64,000 bases of DNA from Macrostomum hystrix (GCA_950097015.1 CATNEN010000001.1:5890001-5954000), one strand, 5' to 3'; shown: positions 1-14,917, numbered from the stretch's first letter. The notes: a model not told the origin generated them from the sequence alone. Made by a program: numbers and translations.

Positions 1-1084
1 CATGGACTGAACAATTGCACACAGCAACAGGGCTAGGAATCCATATTATCTGTTCTCTTTTGATTGACAATAGATGATTAAAGCAAATCCTTCTCGCTCC
101 TTAATGGGTCCCAAACAAGTCGAGGATCACATTCCACTCGCTTCGGTTCGAAATAAGCGTAAAAATATAAGCTCAAAGATTGATTTTAGCTTTGCGTCAA
201 CTAAATATAGACGCTTTATTGCAAAGAATTTTTTTTAATCATATTAAAGGCAGCACTTTCCGTTTTCCAATAATAAGAGGACTGACAAATAGGCTTTTAC
301 ACTCAATGCTCAATGCTTTTTGTTCACAACTTAAAAAATAACTGCTCATTTTCAACCCTTATTCTATCTACTATAATAGTATAAACATGGGCTGCCATAC
401 TATCGCGGCCTCTCCACATTTCACCCCCATGGGAGACAGATTCCGAGTGGCTCGATCGAGTCAAGCCCCCTCGTCTAACACGCCGCCCTGTACCCATTGA
501 GCAGTCTCTAACTACCATAAGGCGAAATGAGACACCGGGTTGAGTGGGCGGGTAAGGGAGGAATGCTTTTACTCTAGAAACTGTGCTCACTTCTCGTACT
601 AGAAATCCGCCACACTGCGATGAATTCGACTACTCCCGTTAGTCGAAGCTAAGGATTCGTTTCCCTCCATTTGAGGGAAACGAATGGATTAAGGCTGCGG
701 GGAGAAAGAAAAAATACGTCGAGAATACAAGAAGGTGGTGCAAAGCATGCCACCCACTTTTCCTCCCTCCCCTGTACCGCTTTTCAAGCCGGACACTTTC
801 CCAGATCGTATTACTCTCACTCTCGATTAGGAAGTGAGAATAGGGCACATAGGATTACAACGGCGTCTAAGAAATCCTAGAAATCCTACGGAGAAGCGCA
901 AAGACGTGACACTCTTTAGGTTTTGGTCACAGAATGGCGATCCATTTGTTGGCTTCCTCTCATTATAAGCAAACGTTGACAAAGTAGGCAAGGTGAAATT
1001 TCAATATAGGCACTCTGAAAATATTCAGAAAAACAACAGTTTTTACACTGATATCGACTATTTGTCTGTGGCATAACTCAACTG

Positions 1085-2090
1085 ATCCTGAGTGCATTTC
1101 AGGAATCCAAAATCTGTTTTAATAATTACATCGGCTTTTGTCTATGGCATCATTGAACTGAAGCTGGGTGCAATTCAAGAATACACAATCTGTCTTTTAT
1201 GCTGACATCAGTTGTTGTCTATGGCATTACTCATCTGAAGCTGTGTGCAATTCAAGAATACACAATCTGTCTTTTATGTTGACATCAGTTGTTGTCTATG
1301 GCATTACTGATCTGAAGCTGTGTGCAATTCAAGAATACACAATCTGTCTTTTATGCTGACACCAGTTGATGTCTATGGCATTACTCATCTGAAGCTGTGT
1401 GCAATTCAAGAATACACAATCTGTCTTTTATGTTGACATCAGTTGTTGTCTATGGCATTACTGATCTGAAGCTGTGTGCAATTCAAGAATACACAATCTG
1501 TCTTTTATGCTGACATCAGTTGTTGTCTATGGCATTACTCATCTGAAGCTGTGTGCAATTCAAGAATACACAATCTGTCTTTTATGCTGACATCAGTTGT
1601 TGTCTATGGCATTACTGATCTGAAGCTGTGTGCAATTCAAGAATACACAATCTGTCTTTTATGCTGACATCAGTTGTTGTCTATGGCATTACTCATCTGA
1701 AGCTGTGTGCAATTCAAGAATACACAATCTGTCTTTTATGTTGACATCAGTTGTTGTCTATGGCATTACTGATCTGAAGCTGTGTGCAATTCAAGAATAC
1801 ACAATCTGTCTTTTATGCTGACACCAGTTGATGTCTATGGCATTACTCATCTGAAGCTGTGTGCAATTCAAGAATACACAATCTGTCTTTTATGCTGACA
1901 TCAGTTGTTGTCTATGGCATTACTGATCTGAAGCTGTGTGCAATTCAAGAATACACAATCTGTCTTTTATGCTGACATCAGTTGTTGTCTATGGCATTAC
2001 TCATCTGAAGCTGTGTGCAATTCAAGAATACACAATCTGTCTTTTATGCTGACACCAGTTGATGTCTATGGCATTACTCATCTGAAGCTG
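1085..2090. repeat. 77-bp tandem repeat, about 13 copies, in a PLCB intron
   Basis: Unit gctgtgtgcaattcaagaatacacaatctgtcttttatgctgacatcagttgttgtctatggcattactcatctgaa; identical ORFs recur at multiples of 77. Confidence 0.95.
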
Positions 2091-5000
2091 TAGGTTTATT
2101 AAATCAAAATAGTTTCAAAATAATTCAAAAAAAATTCCGTAGCCTTCTGTTATTTTTCTGCCTTCTGTAAAGTTCGCAGAAACCTGAGAAAATCTCTGAC
2201 AGCTCAACAAGTGCATTCAGCTGATAGTACGAGTGCAATCAATCTATAATAACATATAAAAAACTATTCGCAGTAGGAAGAAACTCAGATTAAAAAATCT
2301 GCAATACTCCTTGTATTTATACATTTATGCGTATAAGTACGAGTATATAGAGCGACGAACTAAGAGGAAGCAGTGGCCGAGATATATAGAGAGAATTATA
2401 GGAAAAGGAAGAGGGATTGGGGAGGTAGATAGGAGTGGATCGGGTAGCAACCGAAAGAAATTAATAGAGTTGATTGATGCCTTAGCATCGAATCAGACCC
2501 TGGCCGATGGCACCGCTGCTTCTGCTAGCCAAATAGCGAGTAAGAATATAGATAGAAAATCAGCAGACACATATATATGTATACACAAAAAGACACCAGT
2601 TGACAACAGCAATCAAAAGACGGTCTAATAAGATTAGTGCCCCCAGAAAACACATCAGATTTTCAGTTCTATTTCTACGAGTGTCACTTCGTTATCTTAA
2701 AGCTAGTCACTTACTTGTCAGTAACGAGCATAATGGTAATTTTATCAAGCAACCCTTCAATTGGATTAGTAGACTAATCCAAGACAAAAACTGATCTAAC
2801 TGAACTCCTAATCTAAGTAATCTAACTACAACACAAGAAGTGGATACCTTCTCTGTTAATCCTAAGAACATACCAAGTATATGGGGCCACTTACTATATA
2901 CACACTAACACTGTAATACTGTTCAAAATGATGCATAAATAATGCCAAGATTCCAAGGGTGTATTTTAGTTTATACTTCATCTTCAAGATTCCCCGCTTC
3001 GACTAAACCTCATCCCAACAACTAAGGATCAATAAAGTAAAGTACTAGTTAAGTGTACTGAGAGAGAATGCATGTATATCAGATTGCTATTCGACAGCAA
3101 TATTCGATCGATATGCGAGTTAAGGATGATGCTCGTCTGGTCTTAAATTGGTTTTAAAGTCTCCAGTCACGAGATTAGCAACCATCCTAAAATATAAGCT
3201 TTGTAATCTTTTTAGCCGGAATTTCGTCTCTGAGGGCCATGAGGAGCACTTGATAATGAGTTGACATCCGAGTCGGTTATGCTTTTTTAGACATAAATTG
3301 AACAGTACCTTGTTTAACTCTAGCTCATAGGCCATATTAAATTCCAAAAGCTATAGACAATGTTCTGACTAGAAAACCTGATCTTTGTCGAGCGCGTATA
3401 GTCGCATAGTTATGCCTATAGTTCTAAAACAAAATTACGAGTACATAGAACTGGGGCGTCTCCGATTTTTATTGACGGAATTATATTATAAAGTTCTAAA
3501 CTTGAGAAACGAAAAAAATCTATCAGATACATAGAACATTGTAAAATTTGTATAGTTTAATTTTAATCTATTGCTGAACAAGCTATTGTTTATTGCATTT
3601 AAAGCGATTAAACTTTGCGTGCATCCCAACAGTGAAAACAGACTATTGAACAGCAGAAGCAAAATTTTTTGAATATGAAATTTCAGTGAAGTGAAACGCA
3701 CCTTGCAAAACAGACTATGAGCTACACCTAAAGTAGCTAAAGTTACGACTAAAGCTGTAATTTAAGCGCGCTTTAACAAACTGATTCTACGCAATCAAGA
3801 GAGAGATTCACTTCTCTGCGCAAATTTTTGATCAGCATTAATTTGATGTCGACTCATGAGTAATGACATCATTTGTCACAAAATATATATAACTGCGGCA
3901 ACAGAGTTGCGGATCAAAAAAGGGGCGCCGGGGGCGCGGTAAGCAACTACCCACTCTACCTGCGGCGGGTCGCCGGCACTTAACAGTACAAAGACGACGT
4001 TATTCCCCTCTGGGGAAATACCACGGGATGGATAATAATTAATCACATTGTCAGAATCACTGTTCGAAGATTATTTGAAACTCAAACACTGAATTATGCT
4101 TTCGATTGATTAGAACTAATAGATAACAAACCCATTCAGATAAATGAAGGGGGTTCAAATTGCTAGTCTATTATACAAAAACATCAGCGTCAGAATTTCG
4201 CAATAGTGACAAATTTCAAATCATTTATAAATTGATAACAATTTACAAACGTTTTACGTAAGGGTTTCAAAATACGAGTCTTCTATTATGCTGTAATTAA
4301 AGTTATAATTTTTTCGCAGATTCCATTTAGTGACTTTAATTTGTCTGCAACAAAATAATTGTGATAAAAAATTATTGAGTACAGTTTTGTACTGTTTTTT
4401 CTAATACTTACACTCAGACTAGACAAATTGACAATACCACCAGTGCCAACTGTTGGCGAGGTGTTTGGCAAAAAAGTTGACGATATTTTACGCGTCACAG
4501 AGGTAGGACGCGGCTAAATGAAGATATTTTGTTGTCTTATTAAATGGAAAGATTTTATAAAATAATGACTAATTAAATAGTTCAAATTTCCGTGATACGT
4601 CGTTTCGGTTTTTGTTAAGTTAAGTAAACAATTAAATTAATACATTGACGGCCTTCTTAAGTAAACAATAAAACTAGTAATTGAAAACACTAAAGCGTTT
4701 AGAATTGCAACAACATTTAAACCTGACCGTCTCACAGACATATCAGATATGTGAACACTGTTACAAAAATGCTAAGTTATTTAGGCGTGTTAGCTTTTTT
4801 ATTAATTTTCTTTCAATCTTGATTCCCTAGTTAGGGCTGCTAATTTCGTATAGGAATGGAAGACGGGGTAAATAAATTGTGCCCTAAAAAAGCTGGCCAG
4901 CCAAATAGTCAAGTCAGTGAAGCAGAAGAGAATGCGCCTGCATAGGCCAAGCTTCGACAGACGTTTGAGAGTTTTAATTATTCACGAAAATTAGGGGATG

Positions 5001-5309
5001 GGGAAGAGTGTGGGGGTCTCACAGACGAGACGGGCCGAGGAAGCGGGCTCATAGGGGAAGAACTATTAGGCAAAAAGAGGCAGAGAAATAGGAAAAAATG
5101 AGGAATCCAACGAATCGTCCGACATCACGTAAAAATCACGATGTCTACTTTGCAAGGCCTGTTTTAGAATGGCAATGCATAGCAGGCTGAAGTACATAGG
5201 GGTGGGGCTTTTATCTTTAAATGCTGACTACACTAAAGTATGAACAAGGACCAGAAGATCATAAAATCAGAGGATGAGTAAAATAATTCACCGAGAAGTA
5301 GATAGTGGG

Positions 5310-8300
5310 ATGTGGGATGGTGTTAGACACAACTTGATGATTTGGGATAGTGTTAGACACAACTTGATGATTTGGGATAGTGTTAGACACAACTTGATGA
5401 TTTGGAATGGAGTTAGACACAACTTGATGATCTGGAATGGAGTTAGACACAACTTGATGATTTGGAATGGAGTTAGACACAACTTGATGATCTGGAATGG
5501 AGTTAGACACAACTTGATGATTTGGAATGGAGTTAGACACAACTTGATGATTTGGAATGGAGTTAGACACAACTTGATGATTTGGGATAGTGTTAGACAC
5601 AACCAAATGATTTGGGATGGTTTTAGACACAACTTGATGATTTGGAATGGTGTTAGACACAACTTGATGATTTGGAATGGTGTTAGACACAACTTGATGA
5701 TTTGGGATGGTGTTAGACACAACTTGATGATTTGGGATGGTGTTAGACACAACTTGATGATTTGGAATGGTGTTAGACACAACTTGATGATTTGGGATGG
5801 TGTTAGACACAACTTGATGATTTGGAATGGTGTTAGACACAACTTGATGATTTGGGATAGTGTTAGACACAACCAAATGATTTGGGATGGTTTTAGACAC
5901 AACTTGATGATTTGGAATGGTGTTAGACACAACTTGATGATTTGGAATGGTGTTAGACACAACTTGATGATTTGGGATGGTGTTAGACACAACTTGATGA
6001 TTTGGGATGGTGTTAGACACAACTTGATGATTTGGAATGGTGTTAGACACAACTTGATGATTTGGGATGGTGTTAGACACAACTTGATGATTTGGGATAG
6101 TGTTAGACACAACTTGATGATTTGGAATGGTGTTAGACACAACTTGATGATTTGGGATAGTGTTAGACACAACTTGATGATTTGGGATGGTGTTAGACAC
6201 AACTTGATGATTTGGGATAGTGTTAGACACAACTTGATGATTTGGGATAGTGTTAGACACAACTTGATGATTTGGAATGGTGTTAGACACAACCAAATGA
6301 TCTGACATGGTGTTAGACACAACCAAATGATCTGACATGGTGTTAGACACAACTTGATGATTTGGGATGGTGTTAGACACAACTTGATGATTTGGGATGG
6401 TGTTAGACACACTTGATGATTTGGGATAGTGTTAGACACAACTTGATGATTTGGGATAGTGTTAGACACAACTTGATGATTTGGAATGGTGTTAGACACA
6501 ACTTAATGATTTGGGATGGTGTTAGACACAACCAAATGATTTGGGATAGTGTTAGACACAACTTGATGATTTGGAATGGTGTTAGACACAACTTGATGAT
6601 TTAGGATGGTGTTAGACACAACCAAATGATCTGACATGGTGTTAGACACAACTTGATGATCTGACATGGTGTTAGACACAACTTGATGATTTGGGATGGT
6701 TTTAGACACAACTTGATGATTTGGAATGGTGTTAGACACAACTTGATGATTTGGAATGGTGTTAGACACAACCAAATGATTTGGGATGGTGTTAGACACA
6801 ACTTGATGATTTGGAATGGTGTTAGACACAACTTGATGATTTGGAATGGTGTTAGACGCAACTTGATGATTTGGAATGGTGTTAGACACAACTTGATGAT
6901 TTGGGATAGTGTTAGACACAACTTGATGATTTGGAATGGTGTTAGACACAACTTGATGATTTGGGATGGTGTTAGACACAACTTGATGATTTGGAATGGT
7001 GTTAGACACAACTTGATGATTTGGGATGGTTTTAGACACAACTTGATGATTTGGAATGGTGTTAGACACAACTTGATGATTTGGGATGGTGTTAGACACA
7101 ACTTGATGATTTGGGATGGTTTTAGACACAACTTGATGATTTGGAATGGTGTTAGACACAACTTGATGATTTGGAATGGTGTTAGACACAACTTGATGAT
7201 TTGGAATGGTGTTAGACACAACTTGATGATTTGGAATGGTGTTAGACACAACTTGATGATTTGGAATGGTTTTAGACACAACTTGATGATTTGGAATGGT
7301 GTTAGACACAACTTGATGATTTGGAATGGTGTTAGACACAACTTGATGATTTGGGATAGTGTTAGACACAACTTGATGATTTGGGATAGTGTTAGACACA
7401 ACTTGATGATTTGGGATGGTGTTAGACACAACTTGATGATTTGGAATGGTGTTAGACACAACTTGATGATTTGGGATGGTGTTAGACACAACTTGATGAT
7501 TTGGGATAGTGTTAGACACAACTTGATGATTTGGAATGGTGTTAGACACAACTTGATGATTTGGGATAGTGTTAGACACAACTTGATGATTTGGGATGGT
7601 GTTAGACACAACTTGATGATTTGGGATAGTGTTAGACACAACTTGATGATTTGGAATGGTGTTAGACACAACTTGATGATTTGGGTTAGTGTTAGACACA
7701 ACTTGATGATTTGGGTTAGTGTTAGACACAATTTGATGATTTGGGATGGTGTTAGACACAACTTGATGATTTGGGATAGTGTTAGACACAACTTGATGAT
7801 TTGGGTTAGTGTTAGACACAACTTGATGATTTGGGATGGTGTTAGACACAACTTGATGATTTGGGATAGTGTTAGACACAACTTGATGATTTGGAATGGT
7901 GTTAGACACAACCAAATGATTTGGGATGGTTTTAGACACAACCAAATGATCTGACATGGTGTTAGACACAACTTGATGATCTGACATGGTGTTAGACACA
8001 ACTTGATGATTTGGGATGGTTTTAGACACAACTTGATGATTTGGAATGGTGTTAGACACAACTTGATGATTTGGAATGGTGTTAGACACAACTTGATGAT
8101 TTGGAATGGTGTTAGACACAACTTGATGATTTGGAATGGTGTTAGACACAACTTGATGATTTGGAATGGTGTTAGACACAACTTGATGATTTGGAATGGT
8201 GTTAGACACAACTTGATGATTTGGAATGGTGTTAGACACAACCAAATGATTTGGGATGGTTTTAGACACAACTTGATGATTTGGAATGGTGTTAGACACA

Positions 8301-9112
8301 ACTTGATGATTTGGAATGGTGTTAGACACAACTTGATGATTTGGAATGGTGTTAGACACAACTTGATGATTTGGGATGGTGTTAGACAAAACTTGATGAT
8401 TTGGGATAGTGTTAGACACAACTTGATGATTTGGAATGGTGTTAGACACAACTTGATGATTTGGAATGGTTTTAGACACAACCAAATGATCTGACATGGT
8501 GTTAGACACAACTTGATGATCTGACATGGTGTTAGACACAACTTGATGATTTGGAATGGTGTTAGACACAACTTGATGATTTGGAATGGTGTTAGACACA
8601 ACTTGATGATTTGGAATGGTGTTAGACACAACTTGATGATTTGGAATGGTGTTAGACACAACCAAATGATTTGGGATGGTGTTAGACACAACTTGATGAT
8701 TTGGAATGGTGTTAGACACAAGCAAATGATTTGGAATGGTGTTAGACACAACTTGATGATTTGGAATGGTGTTAGACACAACTTGATGATTTGGAATGGT
8801 GTTAGACACAACCAAATGATTTGGGATGGTTTTAGACACAACTTGATGATTTGGAATGGTGTTAGACACAACTTGATGATTTGGAATGGTGTTAGACACA
8901 ACTTGATGATTTGGAATGGTGTTAGACACAACTTGATGATTTGGAATGGTGTTAGACACAACCAAATGATCTGACATGGTGTTAGACACAACCAAATGAT
9001 CTGAAATGGTGTTAGACACAAACAAATGATCTGAAATGGTGTTAGACACAACCAAATGATCTGAAATGGTGTTAGACACAACCAAATGATCTGACATGGT
9101 GTTAGACACAAC
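5310..9112. repeat. 30-bp minisatellite, about 125 copies, in PLCB intron 3
   Basis: Unit tgttagacacaacttgatgatttggaatgg with interspersed variants. Confidence 0.98.
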
Positions 9113-9225
9113 TCTGCGTATAGTTTGTGACAACAAAAAGGGTACAACTGGCACCAATAGTCATCAAATGCGGCACAGCAAAAAGTGCAAATCTAATCGA
9201 AAAAGTGTCATATTGACTGACTTAC

Positions 9226-9285
9226 CTTTGGCTTAGAGCCGGTACGCACGTCGCTGACCTGTGACAGCTCTAGCACTTGGCCTTC
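9226..9285 (-). CDS. PLCB4: Phospholipase C beta (PLCB4/norpA-like), coding exon 3; gene continues beyond the left edge
   Basis: Translates EGQVLELSQVSDVRTGSKPK, matching the PLC-beta4 PH domain ([20 protein letters not shown], recalled). Acceptor tatag, donor gtaag, phase 0. Confidence 0.9.
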
Positions 9286-9373
9286 CTATAATTATCGGGC
9301 AGAATTTAAATTTAAATAATGCTACAAATCATCAATGAAATGTAGCAGATGTAATATTTATTCGAAATCTTAC

Positions 9374-9454
9374 CCCGTTCTCGCTTTTCCAATAGATGAA
9401 AAAGCCGAACTCGTCAACTTTGACTTCGCAGCCTTGCTCTAACGACCCGTTGTA
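9374..9454 (-). CDS. PLCB4: Phospholipase C beta (PLCB4/norpA-like), coding exon 2
   Basis: Translates YNGSLEQGCEVKVDEFGFFIYWKSENG, containing the KVDEFGFF..W signature. Acceptor ctaacag, donor gtaag. Confidence 0.92.
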
Positions 9455-9825
9455 CTGTTAGAAAGATGGAGATGATCAGTTTTCAAATTCCATAAAAAAT
9501 TATTAAAATGTTCAAATCGCCTAGTTCAAAACAGCAAACAAAAAAACAAAACTAAGATAGACGAGACTGCGAGTTAAAAGAAGTCGTGGGATAAAGACTA
9601 AAAATCAAAGTAGGAATAAATTACTTTAGGAAGTGAAAACAAATCAAGCGCGAAAAATATTTAATGAGATCCCAAAAGCTTTGCAGTTTCTGGATTTGAA
9701 TTCTAAACAGTTGGCACAAGGGCGCCAAAGCGATTTAGGAATTAAGATTTTCTAGACTTTGATGGAGGCTAAATGCGAGGGAGCAATATGGAAGAAAATT
9801 GGGATTAGTAAATGCCTCAGGGAGT

Positions 9826-11004
9826 CTGAGGGTGAGAATCAGAGCGAGAGGTAGGGTGAGAATCAGGGTGAGAGGTAGGGTGAGAATCAGGGTGAGGTAG
9901 GTTGAGAATCTGGGTGAGAGGTAGGGTGAGAATCAGGGTGAGAGGTAGGGTGAGAATCTGTGTGAGAGGTAGGGTTAGAATCTGGGTGAGAGGTAGGGTG
10001 AGAATCAGGGTGAGAGGTAGGGTGGGAATCAGGGTGAGAGGTAGGGTGAGAATCAGGGTGAGAGGTAGGGTGAGAATCAGGGTGAGAGGTAGGGTGGGAA
10101 TCAGGGTGAGAGGTAGGGTGAGAATCAGGGTGAGGTATGTTGAGAATCTGGGTGAGAGGTAGGGTTAGAATCAGGGTCAGAGGTAGGGTGAGAATCTGTG
10201 TGAGAGGTAGGGTTAGAATCTGGGTGAGAATCTGGGTGAGAGGTAGGGTGAGAATCAGGTTGAGAGGTAGGGTGAGAATCAGGGTGAGGTAGGTTGAGAA
10301 TCTGGGTGAGAGGTAGGGTGAGAATCAGGGTGAGAGGTAGGTTGAGAATCTGGGTGAGAGGTAGGGTGAGAATCTGAGTGAGAGGTAGGGTGAGAATCTG
10401 AGTGAGGTAGGTTGAGAATCAGTGCGAGAGGTAGGGTGAGAATCTGGGTGAGAGGTTGGGTTAGAATCTGGGTGAGAGGTAGGGTGAAAATCAGGGTGAG
10501 AGGTAGGGTGAGAATCAGGGTGAGAGGTAGGGTGAGAATCAGGGTGAGAGGTAGGGTGGGAATCAGGGTGAGAGGTAGGGTGAGAATCAGGGTGAGAGGT
10601 AGGGTGAGAATCAGTGCGAGAGGTAGAGTGAGAATCTGGGTGAGGTAGGTTGAGAATCAGTGCTAGAGGTAGAGTGAGAATCTGGGTGAGGTAGGTTGAG
10701 AATCAGTGCTAGAGGTAGAGTGAGAATCTGGGTGAGGTAGGTTGAGAATCAGTGCTAGAGGTAGGGTGAGAATCAGTGCGAGAGGTAGGGTGAGAATCAG
10801 GGTGAGAGGTAGGGTGAGAATCAGTGCTAGAGTTAGGGTGAGAATCAGGGTGAGAGGTAGGGTGAGAATCTGGGTGAGGTAGGTTGAGAATCAGTGCTAG
10901 AGGTAGGGTGAGAATCAGGGTGAGAGGTAGGGTGAGAATCAGTGCTAGAGTTAGGGTGAGAATCAGGGTGAGAGGTAGGGTGAGAATCTGGGTGAGAGGT
11001 AGGG
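9826..11004. repeat. G-rich 24-bp (2x12) minisatellite in PLCB intron 1
   Basis: Unit agggtgagaatc-agggtgagaggt. Confidence 0.95.
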
Positions 11005-11409
11005 AGATTTCGGTCAGAAGTAGGGAGAGAGGCAGGATAAAAATGGGTGAAAGGTAGTGAAAGTGTGAGTGGGAGTTAGTTGAGGATTTGGTGTGTAGAT
11101 GAGTTACAATTAGGTCGGAGCTAGGCTGAAATCAATAAAAAGATTAAATCTGATAGCTTTTAGATACAAGACCCGAACAGTAAATAAGTGATGCAGGAAG
11201 ACCTAATTAAAAAATATGAACAGTTGTCAATGACAGCTTGGCAAAGTCTAACCACAGGCTAAGAGAAATAGTAATATAGAAGAAAATAATTGAAAATTCA
11301 AACAAGGCATTGCTTGATTAGATTAATAAATTTATTATTATTATTCCTGTGAGAAAATAATTTCGACTTAATTAGGATTCAGCGAGTGGGATTCTAATGA
11401 TTAGCTCAC

Positions 11410-11532
11410 CTCGTCGTATCGATCGAAAACGGCGCCCTTCATCAGGTGAGCCGCTACAGGCATTCGCCAGTTGAAATCGTAGGCCTTGGCGGATGGCACA
11501 GTTCGCTGTCGCTTAGCAATGTCCGAAGTCAT
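11410..11532 (-). CDS. PLCB4: Phospholipase C beta (PLCB4/norpA-like), coding exon 1
   Basis: Translates MTSDIAKRQRTVPSAKAYDFNWRMPVAAHLMKGAVFDRYDE, similar to the PLCB4 N-terminus (AKPYEFNW...GAVFDRYEE). Donor gtgag. Confidence 0.9.
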
Positions 11533-11839
11533 GATTACTTAATTTAGTATCCAATTCTTTAGGTCAACCAATCGTATAAGTATAACCGACAAAGGATAGT
11601 CCTCGCGAGACTGTCTCAATAGAAGACGGGATTTACCCGTCGAGGGCAGTTTGCGGTGTGAAAATTTAGCTGAAAAAATCGTTTTTTATCACTTGTTAGG
11701 GTTACTTAGCTTATCATGCGACAGGAAACAAACACGTATACTTTTTAACTGGGAAGATTAACGTTATAAACATAGTATTTTATAACTTTTATTTAATATC
11801 TGTAAAGATAACGACTACTGTTTAACTAGGGGATAAGAG

Positions 11840-14556
11840 GATAATATTCGATCTAATGGGAGATAATACATGACCTAATAGGGATAATACTCGATCTGAT
11901 AGGGATAATAACCGATCTGATAGGGATAATACCCGATCTGATAGGGATAATAACCGATCTGATAGGGATAATACCCGATCTGATAGGGATAATAACCGAT
12001 CTGATAGGGATAATAACCGATCTGATAGGGATAATACCCGATCTGATAGGGATAATACCCGATCTGATAGGGATAATACTCGATCTGATAGGGATAATAA
12101 CCGATCTGATAGGTACAATACTCGATCTGATAGGGATAATACTCGATCTGATAGGGATAATAACCGATCTGATAGGTACAATACTCGATCTGATAGGGAT
12201 AATACTCGATCTGATAGGGATAATACCCGATCTGATAGGGATAATAACCGATCTGATAGGTACAATACTCGATCTGATAGGGATAATACTCGATCTGATA
12301 GGGATAATATTCGATCTGATAGGGATAATACTCGAGATCTGATAGGGATAATATTCGATCTGATAGGGATAATACCCGATCTGATAGGGATAATACCCGA
12401 TCTGATAGGGATAATACTCGATCTGATAGGGATAATACTCCAGATCTGATAGGGATAATACTCGATCTGATAGGGATAATACCCGATCTGATAGGGATAA
12501 TACTCGATCTGATAGGGATAATACTCGATCTGATAGGGATAATACCCGATCTGATAGGGATAAAACTCGATCTGATAGGGATAATACCCGATCTGATAGG
12601 GATAATATTCGATCTGATAGGGATAATACCCGATCTGATAGGGATAATACCCGATCTGATAGGGATAATAACCGATCTGATAGGGATAATACTCCATCTG
12701 ATAGGGATAAAACTCGATCTAATAGGGATAATACTCGATCTGATAGGGATAATATTCGATCTGATAGGGATAATAACCGATCTGATAGGGATAATACTCG
12801 ATCTGATAGGGATAAAACTCGATCTAATAGGGATAATACTCGATCTGATAGGGATAATACCCGATCTGATAGGGATAATACCCGATCTGATAGGGATAAT
12901 ACCCGATCTGATAGGGATAATACTCGAGATCTGATAGGGATAATACTCGATCTGATAGGGACAATACTCGATCTGATAGGGATAATACCCGATCTGATAG
13001 GGATAATAACCGATCTGATAGGGATAATACTCGATCTGATAGGGACAATACTCGATCTGATAGGGATAATACCCGATCTGATAGGGATAATACTCGATCT
13101 GATAGGGATAATACTCGATCTGATAGGGATAATACTCGATCTGATAGGGATAATACTCGATCTGATAGGGATAATACTCGATCTGATAGGGACAATACTC
13201 GATCTGATAGGGATAATACCCGATCTGATAGGGATAATAACCGATCTGATAGGGATAATACTCGAGATCTGATAGGGATAATACTCGATCTGATAGGGAC
13301 AATACTCGATCTGATAGGGATAATACTCGATCTGATAGGGATAATACTCGATCTGATAGGGATAATAACCGATCTGATAGGGATAATACTCGATCTGATA
13401 GGGATAATACTCGATCTGATAGGGATAATACTCGATCTGATAGGGATAATACTCGATCTGATAGGGATAATACCCGATCTGATAGGCATAATAACCGATC
13501 TGATAGGGATAATACTCGAGATCTGATAGGGACAATACTCGATCTGATAGGGATAATACTCGATCTGATAGGGATAATACTCGATCTGATAGGGATAATA
13601 ACCGATCTGATAGGGATAATACTCGATCTGATAGGGACAATACTCGATCTGATAGGGATAATAACCGATCTGATAGGGAAAATACTCGATCTGATAGGGA
13701 TAAAACTCGAGATCTGATAGGGATAATACTCGATCTGATAGGGATAATACTCGATCTGATAGGGATAATACTCGATCTGATAGGGACAATACTCGATCTG
13801 ATAGGGATAATACTCGATCTGATAGGGACAATACTCGATCTGATAGGGAAAATACTCGATCTGATAGGGATAATACTCGATCTGATAGGGATAATACTCG
13901 ATCTGATAGGGATAATACTCGATCTGATAGGGATAATACTCGATCTGATAGGGATAATACTCGATCTGATAGGGATAATACTCGATCTGATAGGGATAAT
14001 ACTCGATCTGATAGGGATAATACTCGATCTGATAGGGATAATACTCGATCTGATAGGGATAATAACCGATCTGATAGGGATAAAACTCGATCTAATAGGG
14101 ATAATACTCGATCTGATAGGGATAATACCCGATCTGATAGGGATAATACTCGAGATCTGATAGGGATAATACTCGATCTGATAGGGATAATACTCGATCT
14201 GATAGGGATAATACTCGATCTGATAGGGATAATACTCGATCTGATAGGGATAATACTCGATCTGATAGGGATAATACTCGATCTGATAGGGATAATACTC
14301 GATCTGATAGGGATAATACTCGATCTGATAGGGATAATACTCGATCTGATAGGGATAATACCCGATCTGATAGGGATAATACTCGAGATCTGATAGGGAT
14401 AATACTCGAGATCTGATAGGGATAATACCCGATCTGATAGGGATAATACTCGAGATCTGATAGGGATAATATTCGAGATCTGAGAGAGATCATGCGTAAT
14501 CTGTTAGGGATAATGTATAATCTGATAGGGACAATACTCGATCTGATAGGGATAAC
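11840..14556. repeat. 21-bp minisatellite, about 125 copies, upstream of PLCB exon 1
   Basis: Unit gatctgatagggataatactc, with occasional 23-bp variants. Confidence 0.97.
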
Positions 14557-14917
14557 ATTATAAGGGGATTCTATAAAAAATGGGACAACTTTAAACATCA
14601 GGACAATCGAAGGAAAATCGATTACTTTCGATTTAGCATATTTTTACAACGATTACTTCATTGCATGCGAACTGTAAAAGGATCAACATTTTCTAGCAGA
14701 ATACTAAGTACAAAGTTATGGGAAATCTTTCATCGCTTGAACTACGCTTTCTGCTAGCAGAATATCATAGTTAATCTGATATCGTGTACTAGCCTGGCCT
14801 CAATAAACTAAACGTAGTCATGGAGCTGGGCCACATTTTATGGACATAACTTAGAACTAGTTCAAACTAGGCGATTAAACTAGAAGATTTTAAGTAGGCC
14901 GTTAAAATCGTGATAAA

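Noticed and set aside
385-900. GC-richer block in the PLCB intron, considered as exon 4, a ribozyme or an LTR
   Set aside because: No PLC-like translation with splice sites was found, no ribozyme core could be folded, and there is no second copy in the window; it cannot be classified without a search.
3890-4030. GC-rich islet weakly resembling the reverse complement of 19105-19190 (possible Helitron or MITE remnants)
   Set aside because: The similarity is too short and weak to support by eye.
5259-9157. Long ORFs (up to 884 aa) of NTIPNHQVVS / LMIWNGVRHN repeats
   Set aside because: Translations of a 30-bp intronic minisatellite, open in several frames on both strands, with no unique domain and a frame-breaking indel near 6410.
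11822-14598. YYPYQIE / LSLSDRV repeat ORFs
   Set aside because: 21-bp minisatellite with frequent frame-shifting 23-bp variants; there is no sign of selection for frame.
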